DNA from: Alphaproteobacteria bacterium UBA830
GTDB taxonomy: Bacteria; Pseudomonadota; Alphaproteobacteria; MPNO01; UBA830
Direction of reading: 5' to 3'
DNA length: 64,000 nucleotides
Assembly (NCBI GenBank): GCA_002295635.1
Contig: DBHK01000027.1
Span: 5,920-69,919 of the forward strand
Both the position numbers and the translations under genes were made by a program. The notes under the pieces are model-generated. The model saw only the letters and a program-made list of their open reading frames with translations, had not been told where the DNA came from and made no database searches. Within the stretch, counting starts at the first letter, position 1. Each line of letters begins with the position of its first letter. This document shows positions 38,568 through 49,593 of the stretch, piece by piece.

Positions 38568-39800
38568 TTAAAAAACTGTAGCGTCGCTATCTAAGCGGAT
38601 CGGGGGACTGCCATCCGACCTAAGTTCCCATGCGATTTTGCGTCCGGCCGACCATGTACCCCCCTGCAGAATATGACCGAGTGTTAGACCCCCGATGTCC
38701 AAATTCAGTGACTTTCGAACCTCTTCCGCTAGTAAGTCTAAAAGTGCAACAGTCAAAGCTCTCCACTCAACGATTAGTTCGCTTTCAGGCTTATGCGCTA
38801 CAGAGAGTAGGGATTCATCTTTTAGACGCAAAACCCCAGTATCGATAAAAAGCCCACCATTTCGATATTCTGCGAGGCCAGTCAGCCCATCCAAGTTTGA
38901 GACTGTTGCTTCCATCTGTTCAAGAGGTTCGACTAGGGAATAAGAGAGCCATTGTGACAACTTATGGAACGGCACAATACAATCTGTCTCATCCTCGCGC
39001 GATAACGCACGGTGATGACCGACATCACCAAGCGCGTTGCCAGCTATCCTCACTGGCGATGGCCAGATATCCATAAGAGATCCAAGTACGGCGACGAGTA
39101 TATCGCGAGCCTCTAGATTCGGACGTGCGGCCAATTTCAGTATCAGGTTGCCGGGACGGATCTCATTGTCACGGGCATAAAAAGAAGAATGTTTTTCTAT
39201 CGCGTACCCGAGTTTTTGAAGTAACCCAGCCCGCTGTTGGAGACCAACAAGGGGATTAGTACCAGTTACTTGAAATGCGTCAGCTAGCATTCGTGCCGAT
39301 ATCTTCGTGAGCGCCGCCGCGTCCGCTCGAAGCGGGTCATCTCCATAATCGCTGAGCATACCAGATTCAAACAACCTTAGACTGGCTAACGCCAGCCCTT
39401 CTGACCTGCCGATTTTCAGGCCGGTAGAGTCATCGGCATAAACCCAATCCGGACCGGCTCCGGCATCCAGCAATACTGAGACGACAGCAAGATCGCCGGC
39501 AGCGATTGCTAAACGGTCTCCTGACAACCCAAACGACATTGAAAGGTCTTCCCAAAGATCAGTCCCGCCGAGTTCGAAGTGCCGCCAGCGGCTATGAAGG
39601 GGGATTTCGAGGGTTGGATAATTTGACTCTATTTCTCCGACAACACGGGATGTTGGATTATGTAAGTTCGCTATGTCCACCTGGAACCAGGGCAGGCCGC
39701 CATCTAACCCGATACGGAATAGATCATTACAGCGCTCACGCACGGCCTCCGGCGTCAGTAGTCCGTTTACAGGATTAGGGGTAGGTACCGCCAACGTCAA
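38568..39800 (-). CDS. DUF1688 / URC4-like protein of the URC uracil-catabolism pathway
   Basis: 410 aa of unknown biochemistry. Operonic (overlapping start and stop) with the URC1-like gene and upp. Family assignment is from recalled architecture, not a search. Confidence 0.55.
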   Translation of the reverse strand: MTLAVPTPNPVNGLLTPEAVRERCNDLFRIGLDGGLPWFQVDIANLHNPTSRVVGEIESNYPTLEIPLHSRWRHFELGGTDLWEDLSMSFGLSGDRLAIAAGDLAVVSVLLDAGAGPDWVYADDSTGLKIGRSEGLALASLRLFESGMLSDYGDDPLRADAAALTKISARMLADAFQVTGTNPLVGLQQRAGLLQKLGYAIEKHSSFYARDNEIRPGNLILKLAARPNLEARDILVAVLGSLMDIWPSPVRIAGNALGDVGHHRALSREDETDCIVPFHKLSQWLSYSLVEPLEQMEATVSNLDGLTGLAEYRNGGLFIDTGVLRLKDESLLSVAHKPESELIVEWRALTVALLDLLAEEVRKSLNLDIGGLTLGHILQGGTWSAGRKIAWELRSDGSPPIRLDSDATVF

Positions 39801-41041
39801 AACAACGCGCGTCCTTTTGTGGCTTTCAGCCCCTTTTCGTCCTTTATTTTGGTGCTCGTGAAATAGCCCGCCGCTTTTTTGGCCTCCATCTCCACTTTCG
39901 CGTCGTCGGGGATCAGCTCCTCGGGCAGATCTATGCGCTCACCGATCTCGATCCCTTGTCCGGCAAGAGCGTCATGTTTCATGTCGCTCATTGAGGCGAA
40001 CCGGTCAATTCGTTCGACTCCTAGCCAGTGGAATATATCGGGCATCAGTTCCTGGAATCGCGCATCCTGAACCCCAGCGACGCATTCTGTGCGTTCAAAA
40101 TATTTTGCCGCGTTGTCACCCTCTTCTTGCCGTTTTCGGGCATTGTAGACCAAAAACTTGGTGACCTCGCCGAGAGCCCGACCTTCCTTACGATTGTAAA
40201 TGACGAGGCCGTTACCGCCTGCCTGCGCCATCTCGACACAAATCTCGATACCGTGTGTTAGATAGGGTCGGCAAGTACAGATGTCGGATCCGAAAACATC
40301 CGAACCATTACATTCATCGTGGACCCGACAGGCTAACGGAATGGATCTATCCGATAGCGTGGTGGGAATACCGAAAATATAGGCCGACAGACCGCCTATG
40401 GGGGGTAGGAAAACCTCAAGGTCGCTTCGGGTAACGAGTTCTGGGTACATGCCACCCGTGTATGTGAATAAAGCCTGGCGCAGGGTCGCTATATCGCAAC
40501 CCAGGCGTGTAGCCATTCCAGGCAGGTGCCATACCGGATCGACCGCTATCTTAGTAACATGTACGTCCCCATTTCCCATCAGAATTTTGCCATCGGCCTT
40601 GAGTCGCCCGAGCTCAATAGCTTCGCGAAGCTCAAGCATTGAGAGACGTGCCTGCGTGACTGCAATGGTAGGTCTAATATTAAGTCCCGCCTCTAGCTGT
40701 TCGCTAAAGCACTCGGTAATCATGTGTCCGAACGGATCTAACGAGACGATCTTTCCATGATCCGACCATTGTGGATAGGGACCAATTTTTGCGACCGGCA
40801 TAGTGTTGTGTAAATCGGGTCGGAAATCAGGGTCTAGCCGTCCCGCGGCGACGGAAGCCGCGAGATAGACTGAGTAACTACCCGAATGGGTGCCGATGGT
40901 ATTCCGCATCGCCGGGTCTGTTACAGTGCCGATAACCGGGCCGCGTTTGGTCGGATCGGTGGCACCCCAATTAATTACGGGTTGGTCGTTACCGCGCGTG
41001 GAAGGGTGCGATGTAAGTACGATATGCTCGTGAGCGCTCAT
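39797..41041 (-). CDS. URC1-like GTP cyclohydrolase II homologue (N-terminal GTP_CH_N domain plus GCH II domain)
   Basis: The zinc-binding motif CRVHDECNGSDVFGSDICTCRPYL matches RibA [20 protein letters not shown]. The 414-aa length with an about 200-aa N-terminal extension is typical of URC1, not RibA. Confidence 0.8.
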   Translation of the reverse strand: MSAHEHIVLTSHPSTRGNDQPVINWGATDPTKRGPVIGTVTDPAMRNTIGTHSGSYSVYLAASVAAGRLDPDFRPDLHNTMPVAKIGPYPQWSDHGKIVSLDPFGHMITECFSEQLEAGLNIRPTIAVTQARLSMLELREAIELGRLKADGKILMGNGDVHVTKIAVDPVWHLPGMATRLGCDIATLRQALFTYTGGMYPELVTRSDLEVFLPPIGGLSAYIFGIPTTLSDRSIPLACRVHDECNGSDVFGSDICTCRPYLTHGIEICVEMAQAGGNGLVIYNRKEGRALGEVTKFLVYNARKRQEEGDNAAKYFERTECVAGVQDARFQELMPDIFHWLGVERIDRFASMSDMKHDALAGQGIEIGERIDLPEELIPDDAKVEMEAKKAAGYFTSTKIKDEKGLKATKGRALF

Positions 41042-41204
41042 TACGACAACTCATTTTTCAAAATAAGCTAACTATAATAGTCTAAAAAATAAGTTTTTTG
41101 GCTAAATTTTATTGGCACAGCGGAAATAGTACCCATTGAAGAGGTTTCGCTCTTCGAACAGCACGCTATAATTATTAGTAACCAAACAGAAATGGGGAAC
41201 GGCA

Positions 41205-42377
41205 ATGCAGTGCTTCCTATTCCATCTAATGCCCTACGCCAGCTTGGATCTGGACTACGACAAGGAATACAAAGCCTCTTGGGTAGTCTATCCCAATTCT
41301 AATTTTGACCCGAAGGTTGGGCACTATCTCTATAATACTTACCTTGATGAGCTAGAGATGGGCGATGAGCTGGGCTTTGATGGGCTCGTAGTCAATGAAC
41401 ATCATCAAAATGCTTATGGGTTGATGCCATCACCGATTGTGCCGGCTGCCGCATTAGCACGACGAACGTCAAAAGCGAAAATAGCAGTTCTTGGTAACGC
41501 ATTTGGTATACGCGAACACCCTCTGACCCTTGCGGAGGAACACGCGATGATTGATTGCATTACCGGCGGCCGCCTGATCAGCGGCATGGTTCGGGGCATT
41601 GGGGCGGAATATTATTCTATGGGCGCTAACCCAGCCTTTAGTCATGAGAGATTTAACGAAGCCCATGATTTAGTTGTTCGGGCTTGGACTGACGAAGGTC
41701 CCTTTGCTTTTGAAGGCAAACATTATCACTTTGAGTATGTGAACGTGTGGCCACGTCCGTTCCAGAAACCGCATCCACCTATTTGGTGTCCCTCTCAGGG
41801 ATCTCTGGAAACCATTGAATGGGCATCACACGCCGATCGCAAGTATACCTATCTGCAAACTTATAGCCCTTTCGAGGCAGTAAAGAAGTTTCTGAATCTT
41901 TATCGAGAGATTGCGCGAGACATGCACGGTTATGAGGCGGCTGATTCTCAAGTAGGATGGGCCGCTCCTATTTATGTCGGCGAGACTGACAAAAAGGCTA
42001 TAGAAGAGGCGGGTCCGCATATGGAAGCGTTCTTCAACAAATTTCTGCGAATGACACCGGAAATGTTGTTACCGCCGGGTTACTTAAGTCTCCGTTCCTA
42101 CAAGAATGTGATGAAGCATAAAGGCGGTTTGTCTAAGGTGCGCTCAATAGAAGAACTGATGGAAACGGGGATTGTTATTTGCGGCGGTCCAGACACCGTT
42201 CGTGAGCGTCTGGAATACTGCCACCGCGAAGCGGGTTTCGGCACTTTCCTCGGGATGTTCCAGATAGCATCTATGCCGCATGAGATGACGGTTAACAGCA
42301 TGAGACGTTTCGCAGAAGATGTAATGCCGGCCGCAAAGCAATTTGGAGCGGTTGGTGACAGGATTGCGGCTGAGTAA
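41205..42377 (+). CDS. LLM-class (luciferase-like) flavin-dependent oxidoreductase, paralogue 1
   Basis: 390 aa. LFHLMPY...GFDGLVVNEHHQNAYGLMPSP TIM-barrel LLM signature. Confidence 0.8.
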   Translation: MQCFLFHLMPYASLDLDYDKEYKASWVVYPNSNFDPKVGHYLYNTYLDELEMGDELGFDGLVVNEHHQNAYGLMPSPIVPAAALARRTSKAKIAVLGNAFGIREHPLTLAEEHAMIDCITGGRLISGMVRGIGAEYYSMGANPAFSHERFNEAHDLVVRAWTDEGPFAFEGKHYHFEYVNVWPRPFQKPHPPIWCPSQGSLETIEWASHADRKYTYLQTYSPFEAVKKFLNLYREIARDMHGYEAADSQVGWAAPIYVGETDKKAIEEAGPHMEAFFNKFLRMTPEMLLPPGYLSLRSYKNVMKHKGGLSKVRSIEELMETGIVICGGPDTVRERLEYCHREAGFGTFLGMFQIASMPHEMTVNSMRRFAEDVMPAAKQFGAVGDRIAAE

Positions 42378-42403
42378 AGGCATTATACCCGGCAGGAGAA
42401 CCC

Positions 42404-43600
42404 ATGAAAATCTTTCTTTTTCACCTTATGCCCTATGCTTATGTCGACCCAGAATACGACAAGGAATACGATACCTGCTGGGTAACTTACCCGAATAGTA
42501 AATTTGACCCTGAAAAAGGTCACGAGCTCTATAATAGGTATTTGGACGAACTGGAATACGCCGAAGAACTTGGCTTCGACGGCGTTTGCGTTAACGAGCA
42601 TCATCAGAATGCATACGGACTGATGCCGTCGCCCGTTGTGATGGCGTCTGCGCTGGCGACCAAGACAGAGCGAGTAAAAATAGCAATCCTCGGTAATGCG
42701 TTCGGGATCCGGGACCATCCTCAGACCTTGGCTGAAGAACACGCGATGATTGACTGTATCACCGGTGGCCGGCTGATAAGCGGCATGGTACGAGGCTTGG
42801 GAGCGGAATATTATTCGCTTGGTTCCAACCCTGCATTTAGCCATGAGCGATTTCATGAGGCTCACGATCTAGTTATCCGCGCATGGACCGAGGAGGGACC
42901 ATTCCCATTTGAAGGTAAGCATTATCACTTCGATTATGTAAACACCTGGCCGCGTCCATTCCAAGACCCGCATCCACCGATTTGGGTACCCAGCCAAGGG
43001 TCCACCGAGACGATCGAATGGTCAGCCCATCCCGACCGTAAATACACCTACCTGCAAACGTATTCGCCGTTTCAAAACGTTGTGCGTTTTCATAACGCTT
43101 ATCGAGACGTAGCGCACAGGCATGGGTACGCCGCAAATTCTGAACAGCTCGGATGGGCGGCACCGGTCTATGTTGGTGAGACAGATAAAAAGGCTATTGA
43201 AGAAGTCAGGCCACACGTGGAGCTTTTTTTCAATAAGCTACTGCGGTACTCAATCTCAATGCTCTTGCCGCCAGGCTACATGTCTGTTGAGTCATATAAA
43301 CGTGTTCTGAAAACAAAATCGAGTTTGGTCTCCACCCACACAGTGGAGTCTCTGATGGAGCGGGGAGTTATCATTGTTGGTAGCCCGGATACTGTCCGCA
43401 AAAAACTTTCAGAATGTCACGAACAGGTTGGCCTTGGATATTTCCTTGGGATGTTCCAGATTGCAAGCATGTCTCATGATTTGGCTACGGCTTCTATGAG
43501 ACGTTTTGCCGAGGAAGTTATGCCGGCCGCTATGGATTTGGAAGGTGCCGGCCAGTGGGAGCCTAATTCAGAAGAGGTGCCGAGCCAGGCGGCGGAATGA
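42404..43600 (+). CDS. LLM-class flavin-dependent oxidoreductase, paralogue 2
   Basis: 398 aa. Roughly 60-65% identical by eye to the upstream paralogue and co-linear with it. Confidence 0.8.
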   Translation: MKIFLFHLMPYAYVDPEYDKEYDTCWVTYPNSKFDPEKGHELYNRYLDELEYAEELGFDGVCVNEHHQNAYGLMPSPVVMASALATKTERVKIAILGNAFGIRDHPQTLAEEHAMIDCITGGRLISGMVRGLGAEYYSLGSNPAFSHERFHEAHDLVIRAWTEEGPFPFEGKHYHFDYVNTWPRPFQDPHPPIWVPSQGSTETIEWSAHPDRKYTYLQTYSPFQNVVRFHNAYRDVAHRHGYAANSEQLGWAAPVYVGETDKKAIEEVRPHVELFFNKLLRYSISMLLPPGYMSVESYKRVLKTKSSLVSTHTVESLMERGVIIVGSPDTVRKKLSECHEQVGLGYFLGMFQIASMSHDLATASMRRFAEEVMPAAMDLEGAGQWEPNSEEVPSQAAE

Positions 43601-43681
43601 TCGTGGGTAATGATTCTGTATTTTCCGCTCACCTTTTTTGCGTTGGAAAACAGCCTTCTCAGGTGAAGGGTATTTCAGATA

Positions 43682-44596
43682 TTAGCGCGTCGGGAGCGGT
43701 GTTTCGCCCGAGTAGTCGTAGAACCCTTTGCCGGCCTTGCGACCTAACCAGCCCGCTTCGACGTATTTTACTAGCAGCGGGCAGGGCCGGTACTTGGTGT
43801 CGGCAAGACCGTCATACAGCACCTGCATGACGGCGAGGCAGGTATCTAATCCAATGAAGTCAGCTAGCTCGAGTGGACCCATAGGGTGATTGGCGCCTAG
43901 CTTCATGGCGGTATCGATGTCATTCACTGATCCGATACCTTCGTGTAGCGTGTATACAGCTTCATTGATCATTGGGAGTAAAATTCGGTTAACAATGAAC
44001 GCCGGGAAATCCTCCGAGATTACGGGCGTTTTCCCCATGCGATAGGTCAGGCCCTCGACCACCCTATGGGTGGCATCGTCGGTCGCAATCCCCGGGATAA
44101 GTTCAACCAGCTGCATAATCGGAACAGGGTTCATAAAGTGCATGCCCATGAACTTTTCCGGCCTATCAGTGGTTGCGCCGAGCCGGGTGATCGAAATCGA
44201 TGAAGTATTCGACGCGATAATGGCATCCGGGCGAAGACAAGGAATAACGACCTTGTAAATTTGCCGTTTGATATCTTCGTCTTCTGTCGCAGCTTCTATA
44301 ACGATGTCACAATCGCCCAACGCAGCATGGTCTGTTGACGTGGTTAGCCGGTCCAGCGCACCCTGTCTGTCAGTTGTGCTTATTTTCTCGCGGTTTACCT
44401 GACGCTCCAGATTCTTGTCGATTGAGGTTATAGCTTTATTAAGCTGCTCTTGGCCGATATCGTTGAGTACTACGCTGATACCTGTTGTAGCGGCAACGTG
44501 GGCAATCCCTGATCCCATTTGTCCTGCGCCAATAACCCCAATTTTCTTTATACCTAGTGCTTCGGGGGTCGCGCCCGGATCTTGGATGTCAGTCAC
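43682..44596 (-). CDS. 3-hydroxyacyl-CoA / 3-hydroxybutyryl-CoA dehydrogenase
   Basis: [21 protein letters not shown]-binding motif. 304 aa. Confidence 0.85.
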   Translation of the reverse strand: MTDIQDPGATPEALGIKKIGVIGAGQMGSGIAHVAATTGISVVLNDIGQEQLNKAITSIDKNLERQVNREKISTTDRQGALDRLTTSTDHAALGDCDIVIEAATEDEDIKRQIYKVVIPCLRPDAIIASNTSSISITRLGATTDRPEKFMGMHFMNPVPIMQLVELIPGIATDDATHRVVEGLTYRMGKTPVISEDFPAFIVNRILLPMINEAVYTLHEGIGSVNDIDTAMKLGANHPMGPLELADFIGLDTCLAVMQVLYDGLADTKYRPCPLLVKYVEAGWLGRKAGKGFYDYSGETPLPTR

Positions 44597-44650
44597 TCAA
44601 AAACTCCTTAAAAATATCGACTTGGCCCGTAGCGCCGCGCCGAGTCGCGA

Positions 44651-45604
44651 TCAACGCGGCTTGATTTCCTGTTGTTCCAATTCCTCGTCGAGTTCCGGAA
44701 TAATTTTAAATAGATCCCCGACGATGCCGTAGTCGGCAACCGAAAAGATTGGAGCTTCTTCATCCTTATTGATCGCAACTATAACCTTGGAATCTTTCAT
44801 GCCGGCGAGATGTTGGATTGCGCCTGAAATGCCGACTGCAATGTATAATTCGGGGGCTACCACCTTACCGGTTTGTCCGACCTGGTAGTCGTTGGGTTTA
44901 TAGCCGGCGTCGACGGCCGCGCGAGATGCTCCAACGGCAGCACCGAGCTTGTCTGCGATTTTCTCAATCATCTCAAAGTTTTCACCGGACTGCATTCCTC
45001 GTCCACCAGAAATGATGACCCGTGCGGCTGTGAGTTCAGGGCGTTCGGATTTGGTTAGCTCATCGCCGACAAAGGCGGAAATACTGGGGTTTTCGGCTGT
45101 TTCTACGGATTCGACTATACCCGATACGTCTTGGGTCTCTGCGGCGGCAAACGCAGTGCCGCGAACTGTAATTACCTTAACCGGGTCAGATGACTGAACT
45201 GTAGCTATTGCATTACCGGCGTATATAGGTCGCACGAACGTGTTATCAGAGACGACTTCGACGATGTCGGAAATCTGTGCCACATCCAAAAGGGCCGCTA
45301 CTCGTGGTGCGACGTTTTTCCCGGTGGTATTTGAAGGAAAGAGAATATGGCTGTAATTTTTGCCTTGGGCAATGACGACTGGCGCGAGCGCTTCTGCAAG
45401 CTGATGTTCGTACGCCGCACCCTCCGCATGTAGTACTTTGGCGACGCCAGAAATCATACTTGCGGCCTCCGCAACACCAGCGGAATTATTACCGGCAACT
45501 AAGACGTGTACATCTGCGGTGATCTCGGCCGCAGCGGTAACCGTGTTGAAGGTGATGGGGGCAAGAGCCGAATTGTCGTGATCGGCAACGACGAGAACAG
45601 GCAT
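44651..45604 (-). CDS. etfA: Electron transfer flavoprotein alpha subunit
   Basis: C-terminal FAD-binding region [30 protein letters not shown]. Confidence 0.9.
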   Translation of the reverse strand: MPVLVVADHDNSALAPITFNTVTAAAEITADVHVLVAGNNSAGVAEAASMISGVAKVLHAEGAAYEHQLAEALAPVVIAQGKNYSHILFPSNTTGKNVAPRVAALLDVAQISDIVEVVSDNTFVRPIYAGNAIATVQSSDPVKVITVRGTAFAAAETQDVSGIVESVETAENPSISAFVGDELTKSERPELTAARVIISGGRGMQSGENFEMIEKIADKLGAAVGASRAAVDAGYKPNDYQVGQTGKVVAPELYIAVGISGAIQHLAGMKDSKVIVAINKDEEAPIFSVADYGIVGDLFKIIPELDEELEQQEIKPR

Positions 45605-46353
45605 CAGATGACCCCCGCTTCGCTTTTAAGTTTGGAGATAAGTTCTGTAACGGTTTCTACCTTTATGCCCCCTTCGCGTTTTGCTGGCTCAGATACCTTC
45701 AGAGTAGTAAGACGAGGCGTAATATCGACGTCAAGTTCCTCTGGCGTCATCTCAACGATTTCTTTCTTTTTTGCCTTCATTATGTTTGGAAGTGATGCGT
45801 AGCGTGGCTCGTTCAGGCGAAGGTCAGTGGTGATGATCGCAGGGAGGTCTATAGCGATAGTCTGCAGCCCGCCGTCGATTTCTCGGGTGACGTTTACTTT
45901 ACCTTCGGCCAGAGCAATTTCCGAGGCAAATGTGCCCTGTGACCAACCCAACAGGCCCGCCAACATTTGACCGGTCTGATTCGAGTCGTCATCAATGGCC
46001 TGTTTCCCTAAAATAACCATATCAGGTGATTCTTTTTTTACGATCTTGGCTAAGAGTTTTGCGACCGCAAGCGGCTGGAGTTCTTCATCAGATTTTATGT
46101 GGATGCCCCGGTCCACCCCCATGGCCAGAGCGGTGCGAATTGTTTCTTGGCACTGCTGAACGCCAAGCGATACGGCGACAACCTCGGTCGCTGTACCAGC
46201 TTCTAAAAGGCGCACTGCCTCTTCAACGGCAATTTCGTCAAATGGGTTCATAGACATCTTGACGTTGGCAGTTTCGACGCCAGTTTCATCTCCCTTGACG
46301 CGAACCTTGACGTTATAATCTATCACCCTTTTGACGGCGACGAGTAGCTTCAT
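45604..46353 (-). CDS. etfB: Electron transfer flavoprotein beta subunit
   Basis: Start at [19 protein letters not shown]. About 250 aa. Confidence 0.9.
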   Translation of the reverse strand: MKLLVAVKRVIDYNVKVRVKGDETGVETANVKMSMNPFDEIAVEEAVRLLEAGTATEVVAVSLGVQQCQETIRTALAMGVDRGIHIKSDEELQPLAVAKLLAKIVKKESPDMVILGKQAIDDDSNQTGQMLAGLLGWSQGTFASEIALAEGKVNVTREIDGGLQTIAIDLPAIITTDLRLNEPRYASLPNIMKAKKKEIVEMTPEELDVDITPRLTTLKVSEPAKREGGIKVETVTELISKLKSEAGVI

Positions 46354-46617
46354 CGGTCGGACTCTCTCATTCTGGGGGCAGCCACATGATGTAAATCCTC
46401 TCCGAGCACGCGAGGCTGCCATTCTGGATGCTTTGGGAGAGAACAAATCTTGCGGTTGCGAAACCTACCCGAGTCACGCCCGATGTCAAGTTTCGGGCAG
46501 GTATGTTGCAACGCGAAGAGCTTTTCCACCTCGGACCTTGTAACGAATACTTGAGGCCACTTGTAACGCAAATCGCTCGGAAAACGAGAAAGTGCAGAAA
46601 ATAGATGCATGGCGTAT

Positions 46618-46815
46618 TTATTTCGATGAGAACAGGAACAAAAGAGCCAGAAAAATAATAGCAGCGAATTGCAAGATCACCCTCGCCCGCATAAATTTAT
46701 TTGAATGTTTGGCATTGAAGTCTCCGCCACGGACCATCGCGAACAGCCCCAGCGCTAGGGCGAAAAGGGTGGCTATCATCGCGACGACGATAAGGATTGG
46801 TAATACAGTGCTCAC
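46618..46815 (-). CDS. Twin-transmembrane-helix small protein (HIG1-like)
   Basis: 65 aa with two hydrophobic helices separated by RGGDFNAKHSNKFMRARV. Confidence 0.45.
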   Translation of the reverse strand: MSTVLPILIVVAMIATLFALALGLFAMVRGGDFNAKHSNKFMRARVILQFAAIIFLALLFLFSSK

Positions 46816-47171
46816 TTGGCGAATATGGTACCAATGACTTGGAGTGGCAATGTAAGTTTTTAATGGGCTGGTTCGTCAGTGTTTGCCATATCTGGTCCAC
46901 TACCAAACTGTCTTGTGAGGCAAATCAAGTTTTTGTGGTCCTTGTCTATTATTCTGCCGACTACAGTATCTTTTTTCGATGGGTATTAAGTCACCCCTCT
47001 CTTGAGACGTGAGGGGATGAAAATATCCTAGAGGTTGAGGCTAAGTATATTTTTAGCTCTTCCTTCCCACACATCGGTTGTTGGAATTCTCTCTCGAAAA
47101 CGTTTAGATATTGGTTTTGGGATTCCAAATCGTTTCATATTAGAGTCCCATAATTTGATATTTTACTATCC

Positions 47172-48032
47172 ATGGCGCATATCAGTTTGAGTTTTCTCGA
47201 TCATATTGCCCGCTGTAACAACCACGACATGAAAAAATTTCTGCCGTTTGTTGTTGATAACGAAACGGTAGGAAATATCCGCAGAGATCACATCAGCCTT
47301 TTAGAAAAATTCCCTGACGTTTTTGATCTTTCCGATACGTTTATTGGCCTCGCTAAAGGGCTTAATTCCTATTCGGATCGTACTGATGCCTTTAGCCTAG
47401 TGATCCATAAGTTGTTCGAGAATGGAGTGCTGAATGGCTGGAGGGGTGAACCTTATCCCGTCGGAGGACCGTGGGGCGGGCCTCACGCTTTCGAAATCGA
47501 ACGTGCGGCGGCACCATTCTTTGGTAGTCGGGCCTACGGAGTGCACATCAACGGATTTGTTCACAAGGAAGATGGGATCTACATGTGGATCGGCCGCCGC
47601 GCTGAAGATAGGCCAGTCTGTCCAGGTGAACTGGACAACATGATAGCCGGCGGACAACCGGTAACGCTGAGCTTGCAGGATAATGTCATCAAAGAAGCGG
47701 GTGAAGAGGCAGGCGTGCCATCTGATTTGGCCGCAACCGCCATTTCTACAGGTGCCATAACCTATCGTATGGAAAACGAAACTGGCTTGAAGCAGGACAC
47801 TATATTCTGCTGGGACCTTGAATTGCCGACTGACTTTATCCCCTCGAGTGTCGATGGCGAGATCTCTGAATTTTTCCTCCTACCCGCGGCGGAGGTTATG
47901 GAGATCGTAGACGTTAGTTTCGACTTCAAATTTAACTGCAACCTAGTCAATATCGACTTCTTTATTCGCCATGGTCTTCTACCACCATCGCATCCCGACT
48001 ATGAAAAATTAATAAAAGGCCTAGGGCAATAA
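47172..48032 (+). CDS. NUDIX hydrolase with N-terminal DUF4743-like domain
   Basis: Nudix-box-like GGQPVTLSLQDNVIKEAGEEAGV. Confidence 0.65.
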   Translation: MAHISLSFLDHIARCNNHDMKKFLPFVVDNETVGNIRRDHISLLEKFPDVFDLSDTFIGLAKGLNSYSDRTDAFSLVIHKLFENGVLNGWRGEPYPVGGPWGGPHAFEIERAAAPFFGSRAYGVHINGFVHKEDGIYMWIGRRAEDRPVCPGELDNMIAGGQPVTLSLQDNVIKEAGEEAGVPSDLAATAISTGAITYRMENETGLKQDTIFCWDLELPTDFIPSSVDGEISEFFLLPAAEVMEIVDVSFDFKFNCNLVNIDFFIRHGLLPPSHPDYEKLIKGLGQ

Positions 48033-48285
48033 AGCCTCGATATTCGAGACGGCCAAGACCAGAAAATATAAGTATTTTATTGACCTCGCTTTTGTGGAGG
48101 CCCATACACCCGTTTATAATTGTCTCGCGATTGCGCGAAAGGCCGATTATTAGGCGGCATTTTCCCGGGAACAAATAATTAAGAACACCCCCGTGTCGGC
48201 CGCGCCCGATACCCGGAAACAGCCTGTGTCGAGAGGCGGGTGAGATGCCCAATGTATTTTACGCACAGCAGAAAGAAGTAACTTA

Positions 48286-49578
48286 GTGATCACTAATAAA
48301 TTCATGGACCTCGGCCTAGCCGACCCGATCCTACGTGCGCTGGAGGCCCGCAACCACGTGACACCCACCCCGGTTCAAGCCCAAGCAATTCCCGGCCTGA
48401 TGAAGGGAAATGACATGTTAGGTATAGCCCAGACCGGCACTGGAAAGACCGGTGCATTCGCTCTGCCTATCCTCCAAAGATTTTGCAATTCCGGCGATAC
48501 GTTGAAGAGGGGGAGGCCACAGGCGTTGGTTCTGGCACCCACGCGAGAACTTGCAATTCAGATTGGCGAGGAATTCACCGCCTATGCCGCACAAATGAAA
48601 CTTCGCCAAACCGTTATCTTCGGCGGTGTGAAAGAGAACCGCCAGATCAGTGCTCTGAAACGAGGGCTGGATGTCGTAATTGCGACGCCTGGCCGCCTGC
48701 TCGATCTTTATGGGCGTAAGTTTGTTGATCTATCGGGCATAGAGTATTTCGTCCTTGATGAGGCCGACCGCATGCTCGATATGGGGTTTGTACGCGATGT
48801 TAGAAAAATCGTCGCCGCTCTACCGGCAGATCGTCAGTCCTTATTGTTCTCTGCTACGATGCCTGACCAGATAGCGAATTTGGCAGAGGAGATACTGAAA
48901 AAACCGCTCCGCGTGGAAGTAACACCCCGGGCAACCCCGGTAAAACGGGTCCAACAAAGCGTGCGCCACGTCACTGCCGGAGGCGGTAAGACGAATGCGC
49001 TTCGCGACATATTCGCTGATCCCGATTTGTCCAAGGTGATTGTATTCACCCGGACCAAGCACCGAGCTAACCGCGTAGCCGAGCAGCTTGAAAGAATGGG
49101 CATCGCTGCAGCTGCTATTCATGGAAATAAATCTCAACCTGCGCGCCAAAGGGCGTTGAGGCAGTTTCGGGCTGGTGAATGCCGTGTTCTAGTGGCGACC
49201 GATATTGCGGCACGTGGCATCGATATCGAGGCTGTCACACACGTCATTAACTACGAACTGCCTGACGAGGCCGAAAGCTACGTACATCGGATCGGACGCA
49301 CGGCGAGGGCTGGTGCCAGCGGAATAGCTATCGCCCTCTGTGATCCCTCTGAACGCAAAAAACTACGTGACATAGAGCGGCTTTTAAAAATGTCGCTCAC
49401 GATTGTGGGCGATGGCCCAAAGGGCGAGGAGACAGCCCCAAAAAAGCGTCAAGGCGGTAAAGGTCGAAGTGATAACCAGGGCAGAAACCGGCAAGGTCGC
49501 AAACCTGCTAACGCCAACGGTAAACCTCGTCGACGTGGTGGCAAGCGGGGCGGCAGAAATCGCAAGAGGGCGGCTTAA
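48286..49578 (+). CDS. DEAD-box ATP-dependent RNA helicase (RhlE-like) with Arg/Gly/Lys-rich C-terminal tail
   Basis: Q-motif, AQTGTGKT, DEAD, SAT and HRIGRTAR motifs are all present. Confidence 0.9.
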   Translation: MITNKFMDLGLADPILRALEARNHVTPTPVQAQAIPGLMKGNDMLGIAQTGTGKTGAFALPILQRFCNSGDTLKRGRPQALVLAPTRELAIQIGEEFTAYAAQMKLRQTVIFGGVKENRQISALKRGLDVVIATPGRLLDLYGRKFVDLSGIEYFVLDEADRMLDMGFVRDVRKIVAALPADRQSLLFSATMPDQIANLAEEILKKPLRVEVTPRATPVKRVQQSVRHVTAGGGKTNALRDIFADPDLSKVIVFTRTKHRANRVAEQLERMGIAAAAIHGNKSQPARQRALRQFRAGECRVLVATDIAARGIDIEAVTHVINYELPDEAESYVHRIGRTARAGASGIAIALCDPSERKKLRDIERLLKMSLTIVGDGPKGEETAPKKRQGGKGRSDNQGRNRQGRKPANANGKPRRRGGKRGGRNRKRAA

Positions 49579-49593
49579 AGAAACCTAAAAACT

